From assembly GCA_037310415.1 (NCBI GenBank), contig CP147780.1:1856001-1920000 (forward strand): 64,000 bases of DNA. Reading direction: 5' to 3'. Of this stretch, positions 1 through 9,576 are shown piece after piece (the first letter of the stretch is position 1; each line of letters starts with the position of its first letter). Source of the DNA: Candidatus Atabeyarchaeum deiterrae. GTDB taxonomy: Archaea > Asgardarchaeota > Atabeyarchaeia > Atabeyarchaeales > Atabeyarchaeaceae. The notes beneath the pieces are model-generated. The model was not told where the DNA came from. It ran no database searches and saw only the letters and a program-made list of their open reading frames with translations. The translations under genes and the position numbers were made by a program.

Positions 1-256
1 CAAGTCTGTCCTGAACTGTTCCCTCCGCTTCACACTCATAAGACAGAAGTTCTATCTTCATCCTCTCTGCGACCCAAATAAACATCATGTGCACACACAT
101 GTTCAGCGAAGCCACGAAACCGTCCTCGGGAGTCATCACCCCATGTTTGCCATGAAGGCTTGGAGGAGCGCTAAAACCCATTCGGGTGCCATTCCCACAC
201 TCAAGGCTACCAGTATTCCCGCCCAACCAAGTCACCTTAGTTCTGTAAACTGGCAA
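1..256 (-). CDS. OsmC/Ohr-family protein (partial, runs off window edge)
   Basis: Not in ORF track. TTG at 256 after a GGTG-type SD, open to base 1: LPVYRTKVTWLGG...FSAPPSLHG...TPEDGFVASLNMC...YECEAEG, matching the OsmC pattern TPEdlf.AS..C. Confidence 0.75.
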   Translation of the reverse strand, partial: MPVYRTKVTWLGGNTGSLECGNGTRMGFSAPPSLHGKHGVMTPEDGFVASLNMCVHMMFIWVAERMKIELLSYECEAEGTVQDRL

Positions 257-333
257 GAGCCACCACACCACCCCTACATATTTGGCTTTAGAGTAAACAC
301 GATGATCCCAGCGACGATGTCATATTGACATGT

Positions 334-789
334 CTACTTACCCTGCTTGGATTGAACCTCACTGACCTTTTTCTTCATTAACTCAAAATAGGAGCTGTCA
401 GAAAGCAAGTGCTTGAACTCTTTCTCTGTGTTACTCGCTTCAACTGTGACTATCCAGCCTTCGCCATACGGGTCGCTGTTCAAGAGCCCAGGCTCATCAA
501 GAATCCTATCATTTCTTTCGACAACTTTGCCGGTGACGGGCATAGGAACTGAGATGATAATCTTAACAGTTTCAAACTGCGCCACCTCACCGCCTCTCTG
601 AAAAGTTCTGCCCAAATCTGGCAATTGTGCAATTACCACGTCGCCACTCGTTTTCTGAAGGAAATCAGTTATCCCAATCCTCCACCTTCTCTCGCCCGCA
701 CCGGCAAGCCAGACATCATCTTGAGAGTACTTGATGCCTTCAGCAACTTTGAAGATGAACTTGTCGATAGTAAATTCAAGAAACTCCAT
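334..789 (-). CDS. glycine cleavage H-protein family (lipoyl carrier)
   Basis: RIGITDF.Q..SGDVV, FETVK (lipoyl Lys), PVTGKVVERN, LLNSDPYGEGW; ATG 789 follows GAGGGGTGG. Confidence 0.85.
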   Translation of the reverse strand: MEFLEFTIDKFIFKVAEGIKYSQDDVWLAGAGERRWRIGITDFLQKTSGDVVIAQLPDLGRTFQRGGEVAQFETVKIIISVPMPVTGKVVERNDRILDEPGLLNSDPYGEGWIVTVEASNTEKEFKHLLSDSSYFELMKKKVSEVQSKQGK

Positions 790-1246
790 GTTCCCACCCC
801 TCCCTTCTCTCATTCACTTTGCGTTGAGCCTTCACGTAATCCTCGATGATGGCAGCGACCTTGGAAGCAATGGTGTTTGCTAACTCTGCACCCTTTGGCT
901 CAAGTTCCCTTCGCGAATCTGTCTTGAGCTTGACGTGTTCTCTCTTCATGGAGTCAGTAACCACAACCGACGCTATGGGTCGACCCCCAACCTTCTCAAC
1001 ACTCCTTTTGGCGCAGAGCTTATCACAACCATCAATTGTGATCGTGGGCGACTTGGTTACAAAGCTTATCTCCTCCTCTCCTCCCGCCAAATAGAGTGGA
1101 ATACATATCGTCATAGTATCGTTGGGTTTGAGCTCTTCCAGGACTTTTCTCGCAGCCACTCTGGAGACCATTCCCTCGGGGATCTCTTCTCCGCTGCACG
1201 TGACTACGCCAACCTTTCTGCGCATCCAATCTCCATGCTCACTCAA
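776..1246 (-). CDS. DGC-domain putative zinc-binding protein
   Basis: CSG...C.P...ITIDGCDKLCAK signature. Confidence 0.85.
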   Translation of the reverse strand: MSEHGDWMRRKVGVVTCSGEEIPEGMVSRVAARKVLEELKPNDTMTICIPLYLAGGEEEISFVTKSPTITIDGCDKLCAKRSVEKVGGRPIASVVVTDSMKREHVKLKTDSRRELEPKGAELANTIASKVAAIIEDYVKAQRKVNERREGWEHGVS

Positions 1247-1265
1247 TCATGCGACCTCCTCAGAA

Positions 1266-1682
1266 CTAAATATCCTTGTTTGATAGCTTGTCGACCTCTA
1301 TACTCAACTGTTCAGCAATCTTTCGTGCAAGCGCCCTTCCGCCCGACCCAGGCTCCAACACCGAGACAGTTGAAGGCTTCAGGTCTTTGAACATCCGCAT
1401 GAACTCCGCCACAGTGAAGGCCTTGACTGTGGACGCACCAGCATTCTCAACAGAAACCTTCGCACACTTATTAGGGCAGCCGTCAATGGTTATGCATGGA
1501 TGCTTCCTAACGAGCGCGACAGCTTCTTTGTCCTTGAGCGCAACCATTGGCAAACAAGTCGTCGCTGTGCCTTCTCTCCTCATTTCATCTATTACGTGGT
1601 AGAGGGCCAGGCGGGTGATCGACCCTAGAACCTTACCGATGCCGCTACATGCTAAGACAACAACTTTGCCTTCCTCGCTCAA
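1266..1682 (-). CDS. DGC-domain putative zinc-binding protein
   Basis: LACSGIG...TCLP...ITIDGCPNKCAK signature. Confidence 0.85.
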   Translation of the reverse strand: MSEEGKVVVLACSGIGKVLGSITRLALYHVIDEMRREGTATTCLPMVALKDKEAVALVRKHPCITIDGCPNKCAKVSVENAGASTVKAFTVAEFMRMFKDLKPSTVSVLEPGSGGRALARKIAEQLSIEVDKLSNKDI

Positions 1683-1756
1683 ACTAGCTCAATCCCTCTT
1701 TTCACTTGCTCCGATGCATGCAAAGCACTCGGTTTACATTGGTTTTTCGTGTGTAA

Positions 1757-1825
1757 AAACATATTTATACATTTGAATATGTATCTTATGCGCGAAACAT
1801 ATTTATAAACTTGAATATGTATCTT
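1757..1825. promoter_or_regulatory. two tandem 31-bp palindromic boxes (probable repressor operator overlapping divergent promoters)
   Basis: 1757-1787 and 1795-1825 match at 29/31; each contains ACATATT...AATATGT and a TTTATA box. Confidence 0.7.
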
Positions 1826-1877
1826 CTGACTCATGGAACCGTAGACAACAACGGATGGATTTGGAGGGTTGCAGACC

Positions 1878-2147
1878 ATGAATAAGAAAGTCAAGGTCGA
1901 AGTGTTTGTTCCTACTGGTGCCTGCGCGTGTTCGTGGCAGAGCTTCATGGATAAAGTCTGGAGTGTTGTCCTGAAATTCAAGGACCAGGTTGACTTCCAA
2001 GTTAAACAAGCTTTCTCCGACGAAGCCTTGAAATATGGTCTGACATCAACCAAGGCCGTAGTCGTCAACGCGGACATCAAGATGACCGAGTACACGTTCG
2101 ACACACAAAAGCTCGAAGATGCCATCCGCAATGAAGTAGGAAAATAG
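1878..2147 (+). CDS. small thioredoxin-fold-like protein with CxC motif
   Basis: KVEVFVPTGACAC...A.KYGL...AVVVN; GGAGG SD upstream. Confidence 0.6.
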   Translation: MNKKVKVEVFVPTGACACSWQSFMDKVWSVVLKFKDQVDFQVKQAFSDEALKYGLTSTKAVVVNADIKMTEYTFDTQKLEDAIRNEVGK

Positions 2148-2353
2148 AGCCCATGAGCTCACCGAAAAAAGAGGATGCCAGAGAACTAGACTCAAATGCC
2201 GTCGAGTCTTTGGGTCTTTCGGTATCAAATACTCTAATGCATTTGGGTTGAGTGCTAAGACTCCTCTAGAATATAGACCGCGAGCAAGTTCAAGGAATTC
2301 CTTAGCAAACCTTATCCTTCCATTTGCAAAGATTACTGTGGGTGGTATGCGAA

Positions 2354-2809
2354 GTGAAGGTGAATCGAGAGTTATTCGCTCCTTGTGGCTTGTATTGCGG
2401 TGCATGCGGTATCCGCTACGCAAATAAGCACAGCGATGAGAAGCTGAGAGGCAAGCTTGCCGAATTCTACGGCATGAAAGTTGACTCGCTCAAATGCGAC
2501 GGCTGCCTTTCGAACAACAGAATGGCGTTCTGTCAGTCCTGCAAAATAAGGGACTGCGTCAATGCAAGAAAGATATCAGGTTGCCATGTATGCTCCGAGT
2601 TTCCATGTGACAACATTAAGAACTTTCCCTTCAAGGTGGCCATACCGTACATGATGAGGGCCACTTCCTACAGAAAGGGGAAGACTGATGAACAATGGGT
2701 CAAATGGGAACAAGAGAACTGGAAATGCAAAGCATGCGGGACACCCATATTCAGAGGCGCAAGAAGATGTCCCAAATGCAAGAGTGAAATAACACCTGTG
2801 ACCGAATGA
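2354..2809 (+). CDS. DUF3795-family Cys-rich protein with C-terminal zinc ribbon
   Basis: APCGLYCGAC...CDGC...CKIRDC...CHVCSEFPC; terminal CKACG..CPKC. Confidence 0.85.
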   Translation: MKVNRELFAPCGLYCGACGIRYANKHSDEKLRGKLAEFYGMKVDSLKCDGCLSNNRMAFCQSCKIRDCVNARKISGCHVCSEFPCDNIKNFPFKVAIPYMMRATSYRKGKTDEQWVKWEQENWKCKACGTPIFRGARRCPKCKSEITPVTE

Positions 2810-2972
2810 AGCGAGAACCTCTTTTGCATCACCACTTGGTTTTTGCAGAACCTGGTGCTGAATTTGCAGAAAATCTGTACTCAGACTCATTTTGCTCTCC
2901 ACCCATATCAAATCTCGTGCAATAGGGAGAGCCTCTGTTCAAGCCGAATCGGCAAGCCCGGCAGGAAGCGTG

Positions 2973-3368
2973 CTACCAAGACACAAGATTTAGCATCCTC
3001 CCAATCTCTTGGAAATGTCTATCGTTAGATACCAGAAGCTCATCGTTGTACGCACAAATCCCTGCTATCAAGATGTCAAGCTCCCCGATGATCCTTCCCT
3101 TACTCGCGAGCTCACCATATATTGTTGCAGATGCCTCTGATGACTTTAGGCTTACTGGAAGTATCGGTATGCTCGAAAGTAGATCTTCAACTAGTTTGAG
3201 ATTCTCATTGCGCCTTGATGAAATAATCGCTCCCTTCAATAATTCATAGGCGGAAATGGCTGAAGTCGCAAGGTGCTCGCCCTCACCCTCAAGCTTCTCT
3301 ATCGATGAAACAGCTCTGGGCTCCCCTCTAAGCAGAGCAACCAGCAGATCGGTGTCAAGGCATACCAA
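2973..3368 (-). CDS. vapC: VapC PIN-domain toxin
   Basis: LDTD, SAYEL, D.LIAG, LVSNDRHF PIN motifs; abuts antitoxin. Confidence 0.9.
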   Translation of the reverse strand: MVCLDTDLLVALLRGEPRAVSSIEKLEGEGEHLATSAISAYELLKGAIISSRRNENLKLVEDLLSSIPILPVSLKSSEASATIYGELASKGRIIGELDILIAGICAYNDELLVSNDRHFQEIGRMLNLVSW

Positions 3369-3593
3369 TCACAGCCTCACTTCCCTTGAAACGCTTTTCT
3401 CTCTCGTCTCCCCAATGAGCCTGAAAACCTTGTCCAAGTCATCTCCAGTCCACTTGCCAGCAAATGCTAGCAGGGGTTTCCTTTCCCCCTCTCTAGTTAG
3501 CCTTGCTATGACATCTGAGAAGGATTCTCCGTTCCGTTTCAGCTTCTTAAGGGCTTCATAAGCCTTCTGTGACAGCGAGATTATCTTAGTCAT
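3369..3593 (-). CDS. vapB: archaeal VapB-type antitoxin
   Basis: TKIISLS..AYE.LKKLK..GESFSDVI.RL...L..FAG.W; directly upstream of PIN gene. Confidence 0.85.
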   Translation of the reverse strand: MTKIISLSQKAYEALKKLKRNGESFSDVIARLTREGERKPLLAFAGKWTGDDLDKVFRLIGETREKSVSREVRL

Positions 3594-3594
3594 G

Positions 3595-3625
3595 ATATGT
3601 GCATATATATGTGCATATATTTAAG
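3595..3625 (-). promoter_or_regulatory. vapBC promoter with tandem ATATGTGCATAT operator boxes
   Basis: Perfect 12-bp tandem repeat (3595-3606, 3607-3618), each near-palindromic, between a minus-strand CTTAAATATA box and the ATG. Confidence 0.6.
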
Positions 3626-3665
3626 TATTTGCTGTAAGGGGTTTAAAGTGACGGGCGGCGGACTC

Positions 3666-3845
3666 ATGACAACAAATAGACATTACGATGAGAAGCTGAA
3701 AGGGAAACTGTCTAAATCCCACCTGATGAAAATTGGCTCGTTGAAATGCGACGTTGCTTATCAAACAATAGGATCGCATTTTGCCAGTCATGCAGACCAA
3801 AGGACCGAGTCGCTGCAACAAATCTCGATTCGTTTCCTTGTTACT
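3666..3845 (+). pseudogene. degenerate, frameshifted partial copy of the DUF3795 gene at 2354
   Basis: NRHYDEKLKGKL...MKIGSLKCD / CLSNNRIAFCQSC aligns with NKHSDEKLRGKL...MKVDSLKCDGCLSNNRMAFCQSC; 1-bp shift near 3753. Confidence 0.8.
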
Positions 3846-4467
3846 TTTCAATATTCGAAACCTCATTGTGCCGAAAACAATCGACTATGTGGTCGTTCAC
3901 CATGCCCACCGCCTGCATAAAGGAATAGCAAATCGTGGAGCCCACGAATCTAAAACCTCGCTTTTGCAGGTCCTTGCTCATGGCATCAGATTCCTTGGTT
4001 TTCGTCGGTATTTCTGAACCTGATTTGAACTTGTTCTTGACTGGTTTCCCGCCAACGAATTGCCAGATATATTTGTCGAAAGAGCCGAATTCCTTCTTGA
4101 TTTCCAAGAGCTTCTGGGCGTTCGCGACTGCGGAATTCACCTTCAACCGATTCCGAACTATTCCTGGATCAGCGAGCAGGCGTTTCACATCTTCTTCGTT
4201 AAATTGAGCTACTTTCGCTGGGTCGAAGTTGATGAAGGCTTTGCGGTAGTTCTCCCTTTTCATCAGGATTGTATTCCAGTTCAATCCGGCTTGCGCGCCC
4301 TCCAGAACAAGTAGCTCGAAGAGCTTTCTGTCATCATGCACCAGCACGCCCCACTCTCTGTCATGATATTCTCTCTCCAATAGATTGCTGGTTGCCCAGC
4401 CACAACGCTTCCGAGCCTTTTCTCTCATGAAATCGCGACTCTCCGTTGCTGCAATTGGTATCACCAC
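3841..4467 (-). CDS. tag: DNA-3-methyladenine glycosylase I
   Basis: RCGW, YHDREWG, LEGAQAGL.W, IVRNRLK, FVGSTICYSFMQAVG.VNDH..C. Confidence 0.95.
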   Translation of the reverse strand: MVIPIAATESRDFMREKARKRCGWATSNLLEREYHDREWGVLVHDDRKLFELLVLEGAQAGLNWNTILMKRENYRKAFINFDPAKVAQFNEEDVKRLLADPGIVRNRLKVNSAVANAQKLLEIKKEFGSFDKYIWQFVGGKPVKNKFKSGSEIPTKTKESDAMSKDLQKRGFRFVGSTICYSFMQAVGMVNDHIVDCFRHNEVSNIEK

Positions 4468-4509
4468 TTTGCCAAGAAGATGAATCCGTTCTGAAGAAGC
4501 CCTGCTTGG

Positions 4510-5370
4510 CTAGATTATCGATCGCGGCTGACCAGATCTTCGGCGCATCTTGGTATTCCTTTTCAGGCTCCTAGCTGCCGTCGAGCACCTCTCCTTCAAA
4601 GTATTGAAGGAGTTTCCCACGATCTCGATATTCGCGATGTTGCCTTCGCCGAGTCCCCTTTTAACGAATTCTTAGATTAGTCTCATCTTCTCGGGCCTCA
4701 ATCCAACAAGTGTGGCACCTACGGTTTCTACAGCAACTGCATCCCTTCCAGCGATAAGTGTGTTCATTCGTTGTCGCGCAGTGCCAGCCTGCTGCCAAAG
4801 GTACGTGCCATCAAGTATCGCCAAATCTATGCCGCCAATCCCCTCAAAAACGTCTGCGAGCAGCGGGTACAGTATCTCGTCCTTGTGATACTTCACTCTC
4901 TTTGTGTCCGGAATGCAGCCGAATAGGTTTTTCAGAATGCTCCCTTTTTCGAAACTGCGAAGTATGTGTGTGCTCACAAACACGTTCGGCTTAAATAGGA
5001 GATGAGATAAGTTGAAATCCTGGCCAATGGCTCGTGTTTTTCTCGTTTCTTTGTCCTCAGACAAGTTGAAAGGGACCACGTGGGCGCTGAAGAGTTGCTT
5101 CCATATTGTCAGCCTTTCCGACCCAGTTCCCTTGTAGTTATCAGACTCCACCAAGTGAATCGTAGGCGCATTGGTGAAGTTTCTAATTATTCCATCAACG
5201 ACATCGACTGATGCGTGGTTTTCCGCTTTGTGAGAGAACACGCCAACTTTAATCGTGATATTTCTCTCCGTGGTATTGAGAACATCAATCCCGCCGATGA
5301 GTTGAAGCGCTTCCTTGATTGATTCGTAGCCACCTTTGATTAGATCGACTATGGCGACTTTGGAAGTCAT
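4510..5370 (-). pseudogene. DUF362-family protein with in-frame TAA at 4672-4674
   Basis: LKNLFGC, LAILDG, IAGRDAVAVE motifs; past the TAA the frame continues EFVKRGLGEGNIANIEIVG (a typical DUF362 C-terminus) to TAG at 4510. Confidence 0.7.
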
Positions 5371-5627
5371 ACAAGCATCGCTCCAGATGGTACGTCGATT
5401 GATGTGATTCCGTCCATATGTAGATAGCATTTCCTTTAAAAGTACCTTCGCTGTGGGGACAATTGAAGACTTACGGCTTCGAGTTGCGATCAAGTGCCCA
5501 AAAAACACAGCACAAGAGAAGGAACTCGCTGAGCAAGATTTATATGTCGATCCCGCCTAAGACACGATTCGGCAGGAACTTATTAGCTACTGCTGCGTTT
5601 AAACGCACTAGGAGGAACAAAAGGAAA

Positions 5628-5960
5628 ATGGCAGAGAAAAAACCACTTTTCGGAATGTTGCTGAGCTTCATCGGTGGACTAATAATCATCATCGCGAGTA
5701 TTCTAGCAGCCATAAACATTACGATCGTCTTTGGTAGCTTGAATCTAATTCCCATGACAGGCATATACGCTTTCGTTTGGGGAATCTTGATCATAATCTT
5801 CTCGTTCTTGTTGTTCATGAAACCAAAGAGTAAGATGTACTGGGGACTATTGATCATCATCTTCGCAATCGTGAACATATTGCTCGGTTATGACATCATC
5901 TTCATCGGTTCGATACTTGCATTAATAGGCGGATTGGTCGGCTGGTTGATGGGCAAATAG
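5628..5960 (+). CDS. small 4-TM membrane protein
   Basis: Four hydrophobic segments with LS.IGG / LA.IGG pattern; SD upstream; T-tract downstream at ~5993-6003. Confidence 0.75.
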   Translation: MAEKKPLFGMLLSFIGGLIIIIASILAAINITIVFGSLNLIPMTGIYAFVWGILIIIFSFLLFMKPKSKMYWGLLIIIFAIVNILLGYDIIFIGSILALIGGLVGWLMGK

Positions 5961-6594
5961 ACCCACTTACTGACCCCGATTCAACCCGAAACTTTTCTTT
6001 TTTCGAAGAAGGAAAATCGTTTTCTATTGTGCTTCTGCGCTCTTTAGCTGAAGAATGGTTTTCTTAATATCGCTAGTTCCTTTAGGACGCAATGACAACA
6101 CAACCTAAAGTAACTCTTGAAGGGCGCGCAGCAGATTTAGTTGCGACAAGTGGTTTCACAAACCCTTTTTCGTGACCAGATAATGCAGAAGAGCGTGTTC
6201 CGAGCAGATAAACTGACGTCCTTGGAATACTCATCTGGAAACGATAGGATATATGCATTTATGCGGGTTTTGGCTCATACATTGTCCACTTCTTAGGGTC
6301 AATACGGCAAGGGGTCCAAGGGTCGCCTTAAAAGAAAGCGTGTTTGACTGCTTTGAGGCTAGAGGAGCTACCTTGTTCAGAGTGGTTTACCCCGCAGACC
6401 TAGAAATCGTGAGAGATATCATTGAGCCACGACTCAGGAGCAGACAAGAAAGAGACGAGATTTTGAGACAAATTCAGCGATTCAAGACGGGAGAGCATAG
6501 AGTCTTTTCGTTTGTTTGACGCTTTGCTAGAACGGGAGCTAGGTGTCCTCCTCACTCCAGTAATCCCTTTTTCTCATCAAAAAATCCTACATTT

Positions 6595-6816
6595 GTGGCA
6601 GCGTTCGCATCGATTGTGCCGTCCCTAGGTTTGGTTATTGGCCTGTCTTGGTGGGCGTCGGCTTGGGCACCAGGCGTGGATGTAGGCGCCGCAATCTTTT
6701 CCCTTCTCCTCAGAGGCACGTTGTTAGTAGCACTAGTCTTGTTCTTGGGGATTCTCTTATTTGCTTTACTTACCGCCAACATGGGTGTGCTGGCGAGAGA
6801 GTCAGCTTACCTGTAG
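6595..6816 (+). CDS. possible small membrane protein or fragment
   Basis: Two hydrophobic segments; no clear SD or family motif. Confidence 0.25.
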   Translation: MAAFASIVPSLGLVIGLSWWASAWAPGVDVGAAIFSLLLRGTLLVALVLFLGILLFALLTANMGVLARESAYL

Positions 6817-7058
6817 ACAGAAACTGGAATAAATGCTTTCAACGGAGTCGGTAAGTATGCCCAGGTGGCAAGGTTCACGCTTGGATTCACGTCTTGCATT
6901 CCTCTGTTTCTCTACGCGCAGGACCTCGGCAAACTGGGAAGAAATAGGTAGGCAGACCCTGCGGCAACCGCCGAATCGGACACAATTCATCCAATCTAGC
7001 ACGCCCGAGAAGGAAACGAGGTCAAGTAACGCGGCCAATGTGAGGGTTTGTTCGCTTT

Positions 7059-7634
7059 CTACTTATTAACTGTGGATGCTTCGGGGAAGAATGCTATCAT
7101 GAGTTTTTTGAGCCTATCGAAGGCGGTTCGGTCTCTAATGTTGAGGTTAATTTCACTTCCTGACTGTGGTATGATCTTGATGTATCCATGGTGTAGTGCT
7201 ATGATCCCTGGTTTCTTCATGTCTATCCTTTCTATGTCTTCTCTAAGTAGCTCAAATTCCTTCGGACTGCCGTCTAGTGCCTGGATTATTTGAGTGTTTT
7301 TCTCCTTTGATTTCTCCGGTTTGAAACTACGTACGTAGGTTTGAGACACATGACTAGTGATGCTGAGAGCATCAGCGACTCCGCCAAGGGCATTGGCAAT
7401 CCCCCACCCGGCCCGTCTCAGACCTCCAGATGCAGAGACTGCGAGCAGCCTCCTGTCAGTGGCGTGGACAGCGAATTTCCAATCCCATATCTTGTCCTTG
7501 CCTATGCTTGGGCTATATACTCCGCCCAGATAATTCTCTTCTCCAACTTTTGTGACTCCCTTCAGATTAGCGCCACACTTTTTGCAGTAGAAATCGGAAA
7601 CATTATTATCTGATCCACACGCAGGGCATCTCAT
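7059..7634 (-). CDS. zinc-ribbon domain protein with possible PH-like C-terminal domain
   Basis: N-terminal CPACG...YCKKCG; T.RRL motif and beta-rich C-terminus ending in a helix; GGAGG SD. Confidence 0.75.
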   Translation of the reverse strand: MRCPACGSDNNVSDFYCKKCGANLKGVTKVGEENYLGGVYSPSIGKDKIWDWKFAVHATDRRLLAVSASGGLRRAGWGIANALGGVADALSITSHVSQTYVRSFKPEKSKEKNTQIIQALDGSPKEFELLREDIERIDMKKPGIIALHHGYIKIIPQSGSEINLNIRDRTAFDRLKKLMIAFFPEASTVNK

Positions 7635-8037
7635 CTTCTCTCATTCCCTCCAGTTAAACAGATCTCATTCCAGGAATATGCTGTGAGGAGCAAAGTCATG
7701 GCGTTGCATTTCAATGTTTCGTTACTACACGGAACCAGAAGTATGGATCAAATAGCTTTGTCACATGCTGCTTTCTTACTCCTACATCTTGGCATGCCGC
7801 GGAGGGTGACACACATGGCAACAGACATGAAAGCATTGTCCGTCATGCTTCAAGATCTGGGCGGCACGGATCTATTATCGTACGCAACAATACCTAAACG
7901 CTGAGGCTCCTAACCATACGTATATGTTGTCGTAAATAGGACATTTTGTTAGGATGAACTAATGTTTATCGAAACGCTAATTGGAATATTCGTTCTAGTT
8001 TCGGAGTGTGCTCTATTCCATCTAGAGGAGGAGGCGC

Positions 8038-8115
8038 TTGGAAATGAAGGTTCCGCTTAAACGTCTTCTGACTAATGACCGGAGCATGATACTTGCTTAT
8101 GACCACGGTCTGGAT
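8038..8115 (+). pseudogene. N-terminal relic of class I (DhnA-type) aldolase
   Basis: Strong SD, then MKVPLKRLLTNDRSMILAYDHGL (ILAYDHG motif), after which similarity ends. Confidence 0.55.
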
Positions 8116-8372
8116 TCTCTCTCCTTGATGTTCGAGAAGAGCTACAATAACCTCACTTTCGACATCCCTTCCACTGGCACAACAGGACGGAGTCGTGGTG
8201 CAAACCTCCATTCCCAGAAATGTACTCCCACAAATAAGCAGCCTGATCTCAATAAATGCGATTGCCCAAAGTGAGAAGAGCAAACTACTCAAACTTGACC
8301 ATCCCTGACCAACTAAGAAAAAAGGAGGAGTTCCGAAGGGGAGACTTTGATAGGCGCGGGTTCTTGGACACT

Positions 8373-8849
8373 TCAAGGACCTTTCAAGAGCATCACGATT
8401 CCAAAAGTGAACAGCAAGGCGCCAGCGACCAAATCGAGGTAGAGCCCGATTCCTATGGCGGCCAGAGATGATAATTCTACCGCAATCGCTTGAGCCATAG
8501 GCAAGTATATGAGCAAACTTCCTGCAAACACCGCTAGGCCCATAGTTGATACCAAGACTGACAAGATCTTGGTCCTGCCAGCCATTGATCGAACCTGTGC
8601 AAGCGCTGAGAATATCACAGCAAATATGGCACCGGCTAAAACAAGATATACAAGAGGAAAAGGTACGTTGACAAGCGAACCGTCATAAAAGTCTGCAAAC
8701 TGAAACACTGCCAAACCGCCCCACACAAAGAATCGGGACACATCGTTCACCACAGCGTATGGTAGGAACATCACCCCGATGAGGCTCAAGATCCCCATGA
8801 TGAGATTCAGACTTGCCCAGTAATGTGCGCCGCTCGACTTTTTACTCAT
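8373..8849 (-). CDS. membrane protein (about 4 TM)
   Basis: Hydrophobic segments; G.G.YL..AG motif near the C-terminus; SD present. Confidence 0.7.
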   Translation of the reverse strand: MSKKSSGAHYWASLNLIMGILSLIGVMFLPYAVVNDVSRFFVWGGLAVFQFADFYDGSLVNVPFPLVYLVLAGAIFAVIFSALAQVRSMAGRTKILSVLVSTMGLAVFAGSLLIYLPMAQAIAVELSSLAAIGIGLYLDLVAGALLFTFGIVMLLKGP

Positions 8850-9576
8850 TTGTTATTACCCTCTCCAATTGCTGGTTAATCATCGCGTTGCCTAAAGGAT
8901 GTTGCACCACTAATAAGCATTTCTACCTGTTGAGCTGCTATACTAGCCATACAGAATGCAAAAAATGAAAACATGCACAGAAATCGAGGTGTGGTGCTCA
9001 AGAGTTTGGGCAAGTAATTACTTGTCCATGATGCCAAACGAAGTATGAACCAGTAGCCACGTTCGAAGACATTATCTCGTTATGTGGTGCTCAGTTTGAG
9101 ACACAATTTGCGTACCGAACTATGAAAGGCAAAGCATTACCGCCTGACTGTTGAGAGTACCGCGCACTACGGAGCGTACGTTGCGGAATAGTTAGAACGC
9201 GCGTCATAGCTACGCCAGCGCACGATCTGGGAAACCTTCCGTCGAAATTTCCTGAGACCCTAGTAACAAGTTAATTATGTTGCTGAATTGTCCTTACGGT
9301 TCGATTCTGGATTACAGTTTCGCGGGGGACATTACTTCGGTTGACAACTCATGCGAACTTTTGAGAAGTCGGTTCTCGACCAAACGAAAACGCTACGCAA
9401 CCACTTTGTCGTTCAAAGCGGATCTAAGAATTTGAATTAAGTCTCGAAACCAATATAAATCTGTTATTCTAATCCCATTCCTCATTCATGATAACCCAAC
9501 TTTCGAATGGAACTCCGTGCTTATCACAATCTTCCGGATATTCACGTGTAACAATCATAAGTGAGGGAAGAAAAAG

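Noticed and set aside
776-2147. Selenocysteine recoding in the DGC or thioredoxin-like genes
   Set aside because: Motif positions are ordinary Cys codons; no in-frame TGA interrupts a motif
6092-6519. ORF 6253-6519 and upstream broken frames as a gene or pseudogene
   Set aside because: No recognisable motif or clear start signal
8990-9100. TGTGGTGCTCA repeated at ~8990 and ~9083
   Set aside because: Only 11 bp, two copies, no supporting structure
9280-9340. GGTTCGATTC resembling a tRNA T-loop
   Set aside because: No matching T-stem, acceptor stem or anticodon arm could be built
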